Assembly (NCBI GenBank): GCA_035403085.1
Contig: DAONEM010000002.1
Span: forward strand, 10,876-74,875
DNA length: 64,000 nucleotides
From: Candidatus Aminicenantes bacterium
GTDB taxonomy: Bacteria > Acidobacteriota > Aminicenantia > JAMOAD01
Reading direction: 5' to 3'
The position numbers and the translations under genes were made by a program. Below, piece after piece: positions 53,870 through 62,251 of the stretch. Under the pieces are notes generated by a model that worked only from the letters and a program-made list of their open reading frames with translations, searched no databases and was not told where the DNA came from. Each line of letters opens with the position of its first letter. The first letter of the stretch is position 1.

Positions 53870-54159
53870 CTACTCTTCCTCGCCTCTTTCCTGCAGGAGC
53901 CGCAGGAAGGCCTCCTCTGCTTCGGCCTTCTTCTTCTCCTTCAGCTCCCAGGCGGCGTCCATCTTGCCGGGGAGTGTCTCCTTCTTCCTCTTCTCCTTCT
54001 CCATGAGGGAGTCGAGGGAGAGGCCGGGTCTTCGCGAAGGCTTCTCCTTTCTTAGCACCGTCTTGGTCTCGGAATCGATCCAGAGACGGCTCCCGCAATC
54101 GGGGCAGACGACGGAAAAGACGCGTTCATCTTCCAGGTCGCTCTTTTTCATGACTACCA
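53870..54159 (-). CDS. Small zinc-ribbon (CPDC...) protein with K/E-rich coiled-coil tail, immediately upstream of the acyl-CoA ligase
   Basis: VFSVVCPDCGSRLWID. Candidate starts ATG 54159 / 54150. No convincing RBS. The ORF-track N-terminal 96 codons are low-complexity and unlikely to be coding. Confidence 0.35.
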
Positions 54160-54284
54160 TCATAGCAGAAAAGAGGAGGGTAGGTGAAGGGTTGGCGAGG
54201 AATGAGGAAAAGCTCTTCAAGGCTCGAAGAACAACGACGAGAACGCCTTTTTCGAAGCCGCCTATGACGGTGGAGAGGGCGGAT

Positions 54285-55487
54285 CTATTTCTCCCCCAGA
54301 GAACGGATGTACGAGAGAATCCCTTCGTAGAGACCTTCGGCGATCTTCTCCCTGAAGAGAGGGTCTTCGAGGAGCTCTTCGTTGGCTTTGTTGCTGAGGA
54401 ATCCGATCTCCACGAGGGTGGCCGGCATGGAAGCCCCGATGAGGACATAGAAGGGGGCCTTGCGGACGTTGTAATCCTGGTAGTCGGGTACCTTGGTCCG
54501 GGTCTTTTCGAGGACGGACTTGTGGATCTGGTTGGCGAAGATTCGGGATTCGATGAGCTTGGAGGTGAGGGAGATCTTCTTCAGAAGGCCCTGCAACTCC
54601 CAGATGGAACGTTCCGAGGAGGAGTTCTCCGCCGCGGCGATCTCCACGGCGTGGGGGTCGGAGGTGAAGTTCAACCAGAAGGTCTCCAGCCCTGAGGCGG
54701 AGCGGTTCTTCGCGGCGTTGGCGTGGACCGAGACGAAGAGGTCCGCGTGTCGCGAGTTGGCCAAGGCGGTTCTCTCTTCCAGGGAGAGAAAGGTGTCGTT
54801 CTGACGGGTGAGGATTACCTCCAGGTCGGAACCCTTCTCCAAGAGCGCCTTCAGCCTGAGGCTGACATCGAGGACGACCTCTTTCTCCGGGAGCCCCTTG
54901 ACCTTCCCGATGGTCCCCGGATCCTTTCCCCCGTGGCCAGGGTCGATGACCACCCGCTTCACCCGGAGGCCTAACTGCCGGGTAAGGGAGAGGCCTTTCT
55001 CTCCGGAGAGGTCGGCAGGAGGCTTGATGGTGGTGGTCGCCTCGCTCTTGGGGGGCCTCTTAAGGGAAGGGAGAACCTCCTTCTCCTCGCTCCGTTGGCC
55101 GTAGATGTCGATGACGATTCGGAAAGGGTTGGCCAGAAGGAAGGTCTTGAGGGTCCTGACCTCCGGGAACTCGAGGACCACCCGGGCGATTCGGGGGGTG
55201 AACTGGCCGACCCGGATCTCTTTCAGATAACCGACCCCAACGGGGATGGTCTTGAGGAGGACCAGTTCATGGGTCAGCCTCGTCTGAGCGATATCGAAGA
55301 AGAAACGGACCCGACCGGGCTCCTTGAGCTCCTTGGTCGTGAAGGTCACGGGGTCGGAGAGGTCGAGGACCACCCGGGTGTAGTCGGGGTAGGTGAAGGA
55401 ACGGACCCCCTTGAGGAGCGCATCGCCGCTCAGGGGCAAGGGGAGGAGAAGGAGAAGGAGGAGAAAACGTCTCATCGTCCGCCTCAC
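54285..55487 (-). CDS. N-acetylmuramoyl-L-alanine amidase (Amidase_3) with N-terminal AMIN domain
   Basis: Signal peptide, AMIN-like N-domain. VVIDPGHGGKDPG, ...SVHANA, E in the catalytic region. Confidence 0.85.
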   Translation of the reverse strand: MRRTMRRFLLLLLLLPLPLSGDALLKGVRSFTYPDYTRVVLDLSDPVTFTTKELKEPGRVRFFFDIAQTRLTHELVLLKTIPVGVGYLKEIRVGQFTPRIARVVLEFPEVRTLKTFLLANPFRIVIDIYGQRSEEKEVLPSLKRPPKSEATTTIKPPADLSGEKGLSLTRQLGLRVKRVVIDPGHGGKDPGTIGKVKGLPEKEVVLDVSLRLKALLEKGSDLEVILTRQNDTFLSLEERTALANSRHADLFVSVHANAAKNRSASGLETFWLNFTSDPHAVEIAAAENSSSERSIWELQGLLKKISLTSKLIESRIFANQIHKSVLEKTRTKVPDYQDYNVRKAPFYVLIGASMPATLVEIGFLSNKANEELLEDPLFREKIAEGLYEGILSYIRSLGEK

Positions 55488-56548
55488 CCCTTGAGCCTCT
55501 CCAGGTGGTCGAGAAGAAGGGAGCGGATGTTGTGGTAACGGTACTTTTCGAGGGCCTTCTCTTCCCCTTGGACGACCCGTTTGCGGAGGGAGGGGTCGTT
55601 CCTGAGAGCCTCGATCAGCCCGCAGATCCTCTCCGGGTCCTTGCTCTTGATCAGGAGGCCGCCACCGTTCATCGTCTCGGCCACCGCCGCTGCGTCGTAG
55701 GCGATCACGGGAATCTTGTTATGAAAAGCCTCTAGAAGGGGAACTCCGAAACCTTCATGCTCCGAGAGGGAGAGGTAGAGGTCGGCCCTCCGGTAGTAGG
55801 CGACAAGGTCGTCGAAGGGGACATGACCGGGGATCCAGACCTCTTTGAGGTCGTAACGGCCGACGATCTGTTGAATCTCCGCCAGGTACCTTTCGAAGCC
55901 TCGGTACTCTCCGGCCAGTATCAGGCGGGAGTTGGGGTTGTAATACTTCTGGTAGACCGCGAAGAGGCGAAGGAGGTCATCGATCTTCTTGTTGGGGATG
56001 ATGCGGCCGACGAAGAGAAGGGTGAACTTGTCATCCTTCAGAAGCCTCTCCGTGACGGGGTTGGGCTCGGTGTCGAAGAGGGAGAAGTCGGCGACAATGG
56101 GGAGGACCCCGGTCTTGGGGAACCCCAACTCTTCGAGCTCCCTACGGTTGTATTCGGAATCGCCCAGGGCGAGATCGGTTCTCTTGACGAAGGTCTCCAG
56201 CTCTTTACGCCCCTTGTAACACTCTTTGGCCAGGATTCTGTGGTAGTCGAGGAAGAAGGCGTGGGGGGTGATGTTGTGGTAGATCATCCCCTTCCGGCCA
56301 GGCGATTGAAAGTAGATCTTCGAGACCGGTGAACCGATGGAGAAGTGGTAGAGAAGGAGGGCTTCCGGGGCGGCGTAGAGGGGAAACTGGGAGTAGTGGG
56401 TGAAGTGGGAGGCCAGGCTGGCGTGGTGGTAGTAACCGAAGATGCGGCTTTCGTGACCCTCTTCGAGGAGGATCCTGCGGATCGTGAGGGCCTCGTTGGA
56501 GATCGCGTCCCCGGGGACCAGGGACGTGAGAAGCTGGTGGACGATCAT
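55484..56548 (-). CDS. GT4-family (GT-B) glycosyltransferase
   Basis: C-terminal EHEGFGVPLLEAFHNKIPVIAYD EX7E-like motif. Confidence 0.8.
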   Translation of the reverse strand: MIVHQLLTSLVPGDAISNEALTIRRILLEEGHESRIFGYYHHASLASHFTHYSQFPLYAAPEALLLYHFSIGSPVSKIYFQSPGRKGMIYHNITPHAFFLDYHRILAKECYKGRKELETFVKRTDLALGDSEYNRRELEELGFPKTGVLPIVADFSLFDTEPNPVTERLLKDDKFTLLFVGRIIPNKKIDDLLRLFAVYQKYYNPNSRLILAGEYRGFERYLAEIQQIVGRYDLKEVWIPGHVPFDDLVAYYRRADLYLSLSEHEGFGVPLLEAFHNKIPVIAYDAAAVAETMNGGGLLIKSKDPERICGLIEALRNDPSLRKRVVQGEEKALEKYRYHNIRSLLLDHLERLKG

Positions 56549-57153
56549 CCCCTCTTCTCCAGGGATCTCTCGAGGACTCTCTCCCTCTCCTCCAGGAACT
56601 GGAGACGGTTCTCCAACTCCTTGAGCTTGACGCGCAGGGAATCGTTCTCGATCTTGAGCTTGGTCGTCTCACCGGTCATATGGAAGAAGAGGTTGTAGAC
56701 GATCTTGAGGTGTTCACGGTAGGTCGTGTGGATCTGAAGGCTTGTGCGAACGTTGTCTTCTAAGGTGTAGACGAGCTTCTCCGTCCGGAAGTTGAGGTCC
56801 GCCAAACGGTAGAGGGTGAGGATGTTGATGACCGGGGCCAGTTTATGGCCAAGCCTGTAGAGGACCCTTTTGATCTTGCCTTTGATCCCCGAGGGGGGAA
56901 GAGGAAACTCCATGGGCAGGTCTCTGACGGTGCCGAAGGAGAGCGTTCCCAGGTGCTTCTCCATCTCCTCGGGATCGTAGAGGTGGGGAACGTCGAGGAT
57001 GTCCGGCAGGGGAAGGAGGTCCACATGCTCGATGGCCCGAATCTCCTCCTGGGTGTAGACTCTCTTCTCCCTCTTCTCTTCGATCCGCCGTCGGATCTCC
57101 TCCATGACGGTCTCTACGTCGATGCCCTCGGCCTCAACCCATCTTTCGTCCAT
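56545..57153 (-). CDS. Hypothetical protein with C-terminal coiled coil, in the glycosyltransferase/amidase gene run
   Basis: ATG 57153 has a GGAGGT RBS. No recognised motifs. C-terminal heptad-rich LKLKELENRLQFLEERERVLE. Confidence 0.4.
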   Translation of the reverse strand: MDERWVEAEGIDVETVMEEIRRRIEEKREKRVYTQEEIRAIEHVDLLPLPDILDVPHLYDPEEMEKHLGTLSFGTVRDLPMEFPLPPSGIKGKIKRVLYRLGHKLAPVINILTLYRLADLNFRTEKLVYTLEDNVRTSLQIHTTYREHLKIVYNLFFHMTGETTKLKIENDSLRVKLKELENRLQFLEERERVLERSLEKRG

Positions 57154-57167
57154 GAAAACCTCCGGGA

Positions 57168-57617
57168 TCAGAATTCTATGAAGAAACCGCCGTAAAGCCT
57201 GCCGTAAGAGTGCTCCTTCTCCTGCAGGACGGTCCACCCGGCCTTGAGGCCGAAGAGGGGGGAGAGGTAGAACTTGCCCCCTCCGCCCACGTAGTAGAAG
57301 GTCGTGACGCCCGAGAAGGAGAGATCATCTGAACGGAGCCCCACTCCGGTAACGACGAAGGGAGCGATCAGGCCCAAACGGAATTGCCCGTTGAGGCCGA
57401 TCTCAAGGTTCTTTTGCCCGGTCTTGTCGTTCTTGAGGAGCTGAAGCTCCATCCTCAGGATCGGCAGGAGGGAGGTGTTCCCGGCGATGCCGTAGATCTC
57501 CTCCCCATGGTGTTGTTTCCCCCCGTGTAGGGCGAGCTCCCAAGAGGCGTGGGCCGGTGCCGTCAGGAGAAGAAAGAGGAAGGACCATTTCAGAAGAGCC
57601 TTGACAATCATCTTCAT
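57168..57617 (-). CDS. Small outer-membrane beta-barrel protein (OmpW/OmpA-beta-barrel-like), C-terminal Phe
   Basis: Signal peptide MKMIVKALLKWSFLFLLLTAPAHA, alternating hydrophobic beta-strands, ends ...GGFFIEF. Confidence 0.55.
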   Translation of the reverse strand: MKMIVKALLKWSFLFLLLTAPAHASWELALHGGKQHHGEEIYGIAGNTSLLPILRMELQLLKNDKTGQKNLEIGLNGQFRLGLIAPFVVTGVGLRSDDLSFSGVTTFYYVGGGGKFYLSPLFGLKAGWTVLQEKEHSYGRLYGGFFIEF

Positions 57618-57670
57618 CGAAAAGGATAACAGGAATCCCTCTTGCTGTAAAGAAGAGGGTCTCCGTCGGG

Positions 57671-57699
57671 TTGTCATGCCCTGGGAGGGGTGATAGAAT
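57671..57699 (+). promoter_or_regulatory. Near-consensus sigma70 promoter (TTGTCA-N17-TAGAAT) for the MBL/beta-CASP RNase gene
   Basis: Hexamers at 57671-57676 and 57694-57699. RBS GGGAAGGAGAG before the ATG at 57732. Confidence 0.45.
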
Positions 57700-57731
57700 A
57701 AAAAACCCTGTCTTGTGGGAAGGAGAGTGCT

Positions 57732-59150
57732 ATGGAGAAAATCGCCCTTTGGTCGGCCGGTGGAGCGGAAGAGGTTACCGGATCCAAACATGTTCTCGAC
57801 GTTAATGGACAACGAATTCTTGTGGATTGTGGTCAATTTCAGGGGCGCCGGGAAGAAACCTATGAAAAGAACCAGCGCTTTCCCTTCGATCCCAAGAGTG
57901 TCGAGGCTGTTCTTTTAACCCATGGACATTTCGACCATTGTGGCAATCTTCCATCCCTGGTTAAGCAGGGTTTTGACGGAAATATCTACTCCACTCCTTC
58001 GACGCAGGAGCTCTCCGCCCTTGTGCTCAACGACAGCGCCCACCTTCAAGAGAAGGACGCCGAGTTCGTCGCCAAGATCATCAAGAAGAAGAAGAGAGCG
58101 GACATGAAGGTTTATCCCCCCCTCTACAATGCAGAGGACGTGAAAGAGACCCTTCGCCACTTCGTCACCTATGACTACGAAAGGCGTTTCCGGGTCGGGC
58201 AGAAGCTCAACGTGGAGTTCTTCGATGCCGGGCACATCCTCGGGTCGGCCATGGTCATGGTCACCGTGAACAGGGAGGATGGAACGGCTGTGAGAATCGG
58301 CTTCTCCGGGGACTTGGGAAGGAAGGCGACACCCCTTCTGAAGAACCCCAGACACATGCCTCCGGTGGACTATTTCATCGTGGAAAGCACTTACGGCAAC
58401 AGACTCCACGAAGATGTCGACCAAGCGGAGACGGAACTGGCAGAGGTGATCACGTCAACCGCCGCCAAGGGGGGCAAAGTCATCATTCCCGCCTTCGCCA
58501 TCGAGCGGACCCAGGTTCTCCTCTACTTCATCCACAAACTGCGCAATGCCAACAGAATCCCCAGGATCCCCGTTTATGTCGACAGTCCCATGGCCATCAG
58601 CGCCACCTCCATCTTCAAGGCCCATCCGGAGTGCTTCGATCGGGAGACCTACGAGCTCTTCTTCGACCACGACAGGAACCCCTTCGAGTTCCCCGAAGTC
58701 CGTTACGTGGCGGAAGTTCAGGAGAGCATGCAGATCAACGAGAGGCACGAACCGGCCATCATCATCTCCGCCAGCGGCATGTGCGAGGCCGGGCGGATTC
58801 TTCACCACCTGAGGAACAACGTGGAGAACCCGAACAACACGGTGCTCATCGTGGGCTTCATGGCTAAGAACACCCTGGGGAGGAAGCTGGCCGACCGGAA
58901 CCCCACGCTGACGATCTTCGGTGAAACCTTCGAGCTCAAGTCCAGGGTCAAGATCATCAACGCCTTCAGCGCCCACGCCGACTACAGGGAGATCGCGGAG
59001 TACGTCTCCGAGATGGATCTGACAAGGCTGAAGAAGATCTTCCTGGTTCACGGCGAAACCGAGGCCAGAAACAACCTGAAGCTCGAACTCAAGAGAATCT
59101 TTCCCAACGTGGAGCCCGTGGAAACCGAGAAGAGGTATACTCTGGAGTAA
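57732..59150 (+). CDS. MBL-fold metallo-hydrolase with beta-CASP / RNA-specificity domain (RNase J-like, short form)
   Basis: HGHFDHCG (HxHxDH), later Asp/His ligands, beta-CASP region, C-terminal ...FSAHADYREI. Confidence 0.8.
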   Translation: MEKIALWSAGGAEEVTGSKHVLDVNGQRILVDCGQFQGRREETYEKNQRFPFDPKSVEAVLLTHGHFDHCGNLPSLVKQGFDGNIYSTPSTQELSALVLNDSAHLQEKDAEFVAKIIKKKKRADMKVYPPLYNAEDVKETLRHFVTYDYERRFRVGQKLNVEFFDAGHILGSAMVMVTVNREDGTAVRIGFSGDLGRKATPLLKNPRHMPPVDYFIVESTYGNRLHEDVDQAETELAEVITSTAAKGGKVIIPAFAIERTQVLLYFIHKLRNANRIPRIPVYVDSPMAISATSIFKAHPECFDRETYELFFDHDRNPFEFPEVRYVAEVQESMQINERHEPAIIISASGMCEAGRILHHLRNNVENPNNTVLIVGFMAKNTLGRKLADRNPTLTIFGETFELKSRVKIINAFSAHADYREIAEYVSEMDLTRLKKIFLVHGETEARNNLKLELKRIFPNVEPVETEKRYTLE

Positions 59151-59306
59151 AGAGAACCTCTCACGTAGCGGGGAGGGTTTTTCCAAAGGTTCTTTCCGGA
59201 GAGAGCTCCGCCCCACCGGGCCATGAAGGTTACCCGGATCCGACCGCCGTCTCGTCGATCCCTTCCCGCGGGTTTGTCCGCTCTCCCGACGCCGACCGAT
59301 TCCCTC

Positions 59307-60380
59307 TCAACCGCCTGGGAGGTACCGTTCCCTGTACCATTTGATCAGATCTGAGAGAAAGAGCTTACAGGCGCCAGCGTAGGGGACCGCGAGGAGGAGG
59401 CCGATGAAGCCGAAGTACCTTCCTGCAAGCAGGAGGGTGAGAATGATGATGAGGGGGTGAACGCCGATCTTCTTGCCCATGATTCGGGGGTAGAGGAACC
59501 AGTTCTCGAAGAGTTTGACGCCGGTGAAGACAAGGACGAGAAGGAGAAGGGTCGTCCAGGGTAGGGCATAGAGGAGACAGAGAGCAACGGCGGCAAGGAA
59601 CCCGACCAGGGTGCCGAAGTAGGGGACGATGTCGCCGAGGCCGGCGAAGACCCCCAGAAGGGCGGCGAAGGGGACCCCTATGATGGTCAACCCCAGGGAG
59701 TAGAGGAGGGCCAGGATCAGGGAGATGATGAGTTGCCCCCTGAGGAAGGCCCCCACGACCAGGTTGAGCTCATGGGCTTTCTTCAGGAGGGAGAGTCGGG
59801 CGGAAGGGGGAAGGATCCCGATGAAGAAGGTTTTGATCTTCGGCAGTTCCTTGAGGAGGTAGAAGGTGAAGAGGGGGACCAGAATCAGGGAGATGAGGAA
59901 GAAGATGAAAAGGCTGATGTTGGTGAAGAGGGAGGCGGCGAAGGTGGAGAGGGAGGAGAAGAGACCTCCGGTCTGAACCTGGAGCTCCTGGGAGAGGTTG
60001 AAGTGGGCCTGCCAGTTGAGGTGGAACTTCTGGTTCAACCGCCGGAAGAGGGACGAAAGGGAGGAGTTGAGGGCGGTGACATAGTCGGGGAGGCGTTTTC
60101 CCAACTCCTCGAGTTGGGAGAGGAGGAGGGGCGTCAGAAGCAGGACGAGGAGGCCGATGGTGAAGATCAAGAGGAAGACCAGGGTGAGAGACCAGAAGGT
60201 TCGGGAGAGGTTCGTCTTTCTTTCGAGTCTCTTAACCAGAGGGTCCAGGAGATAGGTCAGGAGGAAAGCGATGATCAGAGGGGTTAAGAAGGGTTTGTAA
60301 AGGGAGAAGGCTACCAGTAGAAAGAGGGAGAGAAGGCAGAAGGCGACGAAGTGATAAACCGGTTCACGGTCTCTGTACAT
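59307..60380 (-). CDS. AI-2E family transporter (UPF0118/PerM)
   Basis: Polytopic. Conserved C-terminal GxxxGxxGxxLAVPL-type region (FIGLLLAVPYAG). Start taken at ATG 60380. Confidence 0.75.
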   Translation of the reverse strand: MYRDREPVYHFVAFCLLSLFLLVAFSLYKPFLTPLIIAFLLTYLLDPLVKRLERKTNLSRTFWSLTLVFLLIFTIGLLVLLLTPLLLSQLEELGKRLPDYVTALNSSLSSLFRRLNQKFHLNWQAHFNLSQELQVQTGGLFSSLSTFAASLFTNISLFIFFLISLILVPLFTFYLLKELPKIKTFFIGILPPSARLSLLKKAHELNLVVGAFLRGQLIISLILALLYSLGLTIIGVPFAALLGVFAGLGDIVPYFGTLVGFLAAVALCLLYALPWTTLLLLVLVFTGVKLFENWFLYPRIMGKKIGVHPLIIILTLLLAGRYFGFIGLLLAVPYAGACKLFLSDLIKWYRERYLPGG

Positions 60381-60978
60381 GCTTGTTCTTGGCGCGGTGC
60401 CGAGCCTCTTTGAGAGCGTACCGGACATACCCCTCCAAGGAGAGGAGGGCGAGGGCCAGTGTGATGATGTAGAGAACGAAGAGGAGAGGCGCGGGACGGT
60501 TCAAGGCGTTGAGGAGGAAGACCAGGAAGAGAGAGACATCTTCGAAGAAGGTACTCGCCTTTCCCAGGGCGTGAACCTTGATGGAGATCCTCCGGATCAT
60601 CGAGTAGAGAATGATGATGCCCACCAGGAGGAAGATGTCCCGGAAGAGGATCAAGACCGTGAACCAGAGTGGAAGGGGGTTGGAGTAACCCAGGGAGGGG
60701 ACCGTTAAAGCCACCAGGGAGACGAAAGAGAGCAGCTTGTCCGCGATCGGATCGAGGATGAGGCCGAGCCGGGAGGTCTGACGGATTCTTCGCGCCAGGT
60801 ACCCGTCGACCCAGTCCGTGGTCGCGGCCAAGGCGTAGAGGGCGAAAGCGACCTTGAAGGAGCGGTAGAGGAGGGCGAGGAGGATGGGGGGGATCAGAAG
60901 AAGCCTGAGAAGGGTAAGAAGGTTGGGAAGGGTGAGAAACCTTCCGCTTCTGCCGTCTTTACGGGAGAATCTCTTCAT
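60364..60978 (-). CDS. pgsA: CDP-diacylglycerol--glycerol-3-phosphate 3-phosphatidyltransferase
   Basis: CDP-alcohol phosphatidyltransferase motif DWVDGYLARRIRQTSRLGLILDPIADK. Confidence 0.8.
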   Translation of the reverse strand: MKRFSRKDGRSGRFLTLPNLLTLLRLLLIPPILLALLYRSFKVAFALYALAATTDWVDGYLARRIRQTSRLGLILDPIADKLLSFVSLVALTVPSLGYSNPLPLWFTVLILFRDIFLLVGIIILYSMIRRISIKVHALGKASTFFEDVSLFLVFLLNALNRPAPLLFVLYIITLALALLSLEGYVRYALKEARHRAKNKHVQRP

Positions 60979-62249
60979 CTTTTCCGGATCAGCTGGGAGA
61001 AGCGGTCGACGCTCTCAGCCAGCTCCTTTCCGCTGACGCTTCTTCCAGGGGAGAACCGCTGAGCTCCATCGGGGAGGAGAACTCCCAAGGCCACCGCGTT
61101 CTCGATCTCCTTGCGTTGGCGATGGTAGGCGGGAACATCCTTGAGTACGGTCTTACCCTTGTTGGTCGGTTCGATCTTGAGCTCTTTGGCGAGCCGGGCG
61201 TAGAAAGTCGCCAATTCCCAACGGGAGAAGCTCTTCTCCGGGACGAAGGTGTGGTTGTCCTCGGGAGAGATGAGGCCGGCGTAGACGACCTTCTGAATGA
61301 ACTCCTTCCCCCAGTGGGTGTCGATATCCAAGAGGATCTCCGCGCGGGCGGGGATTCCCTCGATGGTTTCGTGAAGTTTCACCCAGAGGAAGGTGGCCGC
61401 CTCGGCCCTGGTCACCGAAGCCTGGGAGGAGAGGTTCTTGACGTAGGGCTGGGCCTTGAGGGCATCGACTTTGGCCTTCCAGTTGTAGTAGAGCCTCTCG
61501 TACTCCCTGTTGTCGGGGTAGTCTTTGAAGAGCTCCTCCATGGCCGTCAGGGCGCTGGAGTAGATCCCTTCGTTGTAAAGGGCGTTGGCGTAGACGACCC
61601 GGAGGCTTTGGTCGGGTTTGGCATACTTCAGGAGGGTGTTGTAGTGGTCGATGGCCTCTTTCATGATCCCCTTGTCGAAGTAGTAGTGGATCAGCTCAGA
61701 ACGGTAGAGGCTTGCGTCGGGGGCGACGTAGAGGATTTTGAGAATCAGGGCTTCCCGCTCGGGAGAATCCTTGGCCAGGGTCTCAATCTGGGCGGAGAGA
61801 CGTTGCAGGAGAGAGGTGCGCAATTGGGCCAAACGCTCCTTCACGAAGGGGTCTTGAGGGTTGAGGGAGGCCGCCTTGTGGTAGAAGGAGAAGGCGTTCT
61901 CCTGATTCCCCTTGGGGTGGTCTTCGCTCTGGGCGAGGCCGCAATAAACGGAAAAGCTCTCCTTCTTCGCCAAGGCGTAACGGAAGGCTTCCCGGGCCTT
62001 CTCCCTCTTCCCCTGCAGAAGGTAGGCGTAGCCCGATCCCAGCCAACGTTGGTAAGGGTCGTCGATCTTTTCGAAAAGGGCCAGGGCCTTCCCCGCTTCT
62101 CCCTTCTGTAGGCGGCTCCATCCGTCTTGAGAGAGTCCTTGGGCTCCGTCCAGGCAGAGGTTGATCTCCCCGCCTCTCTTCGCACAGGAGCAGAGGGTGA
62201 GAGCGAGAAAGAGAAAGATGGAGAGGGTGAGTCCAGTCGTTTTTTTCAT
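60975..62249 (-). CDS. Lipoprotein-like TPR-repeat protein with 2-3 C-terminal S-layer-homology (SLH) repeats
   Basis: Signal MKKTTGLTLSIFLFLALTLCSC. TPRs in the N-terminal two thirds. SLH-like VTRAEAATFLWVKL, DIDTHWGKEFIQKVVYAGLISP...FSRWELATFYARL, LKDVPAYH...AVALGVLLPDG. Confidence 0.6.
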   Translation of the reverse strand: MKKTTGLTLSIFLFLALTLCSCAKRGGEINLCLDGAQGLSQDGWSRLQKGEAGKALALFEKIDDPYQRWLGSGYAYLLQGKREKAREAFRYALAKKESFSVYCGLAQSEDHPKGNQENAFSFYHKAASLNPQDPFVKERLAQLRTSLLQRLSAQIETLAKDSPEREALILKILYVAPDASLYRSELIHYYFDKGIMKEAIDHYNTLLKYAKPDQSLRVVYANALYNEGIYSSALTAMEELFKDYPDNREYERLYYNWKAKVDALKAQPYVKNLSSQASVTRAEAATFLWVKLHETIEGIPARAEILLDIDTHWGKEFIQKVVYAGLISPEDNHTFVPEKSFSRWELATFYARLAKELKIEPTNKGKTVLKDVPAYHRQRKEIENAVALGVLLPDGAQRFSPGRSVSGKELAESVDRFSQLIRKR

Positions 62250-62251
62250 GG

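Noticed and set aside
54163-54284. Plus-strand 21-codon ORF (ATGAGGAAAAGC...) after an AGAGGAGGG motif in the amidase-zinc-ribbon spacer
   Set aside because: Too short, no conservation can be assessed, and the region is more simply the 3' UTR of the amidase gene or the promoter of the zinc-ribbon/ligase unit.
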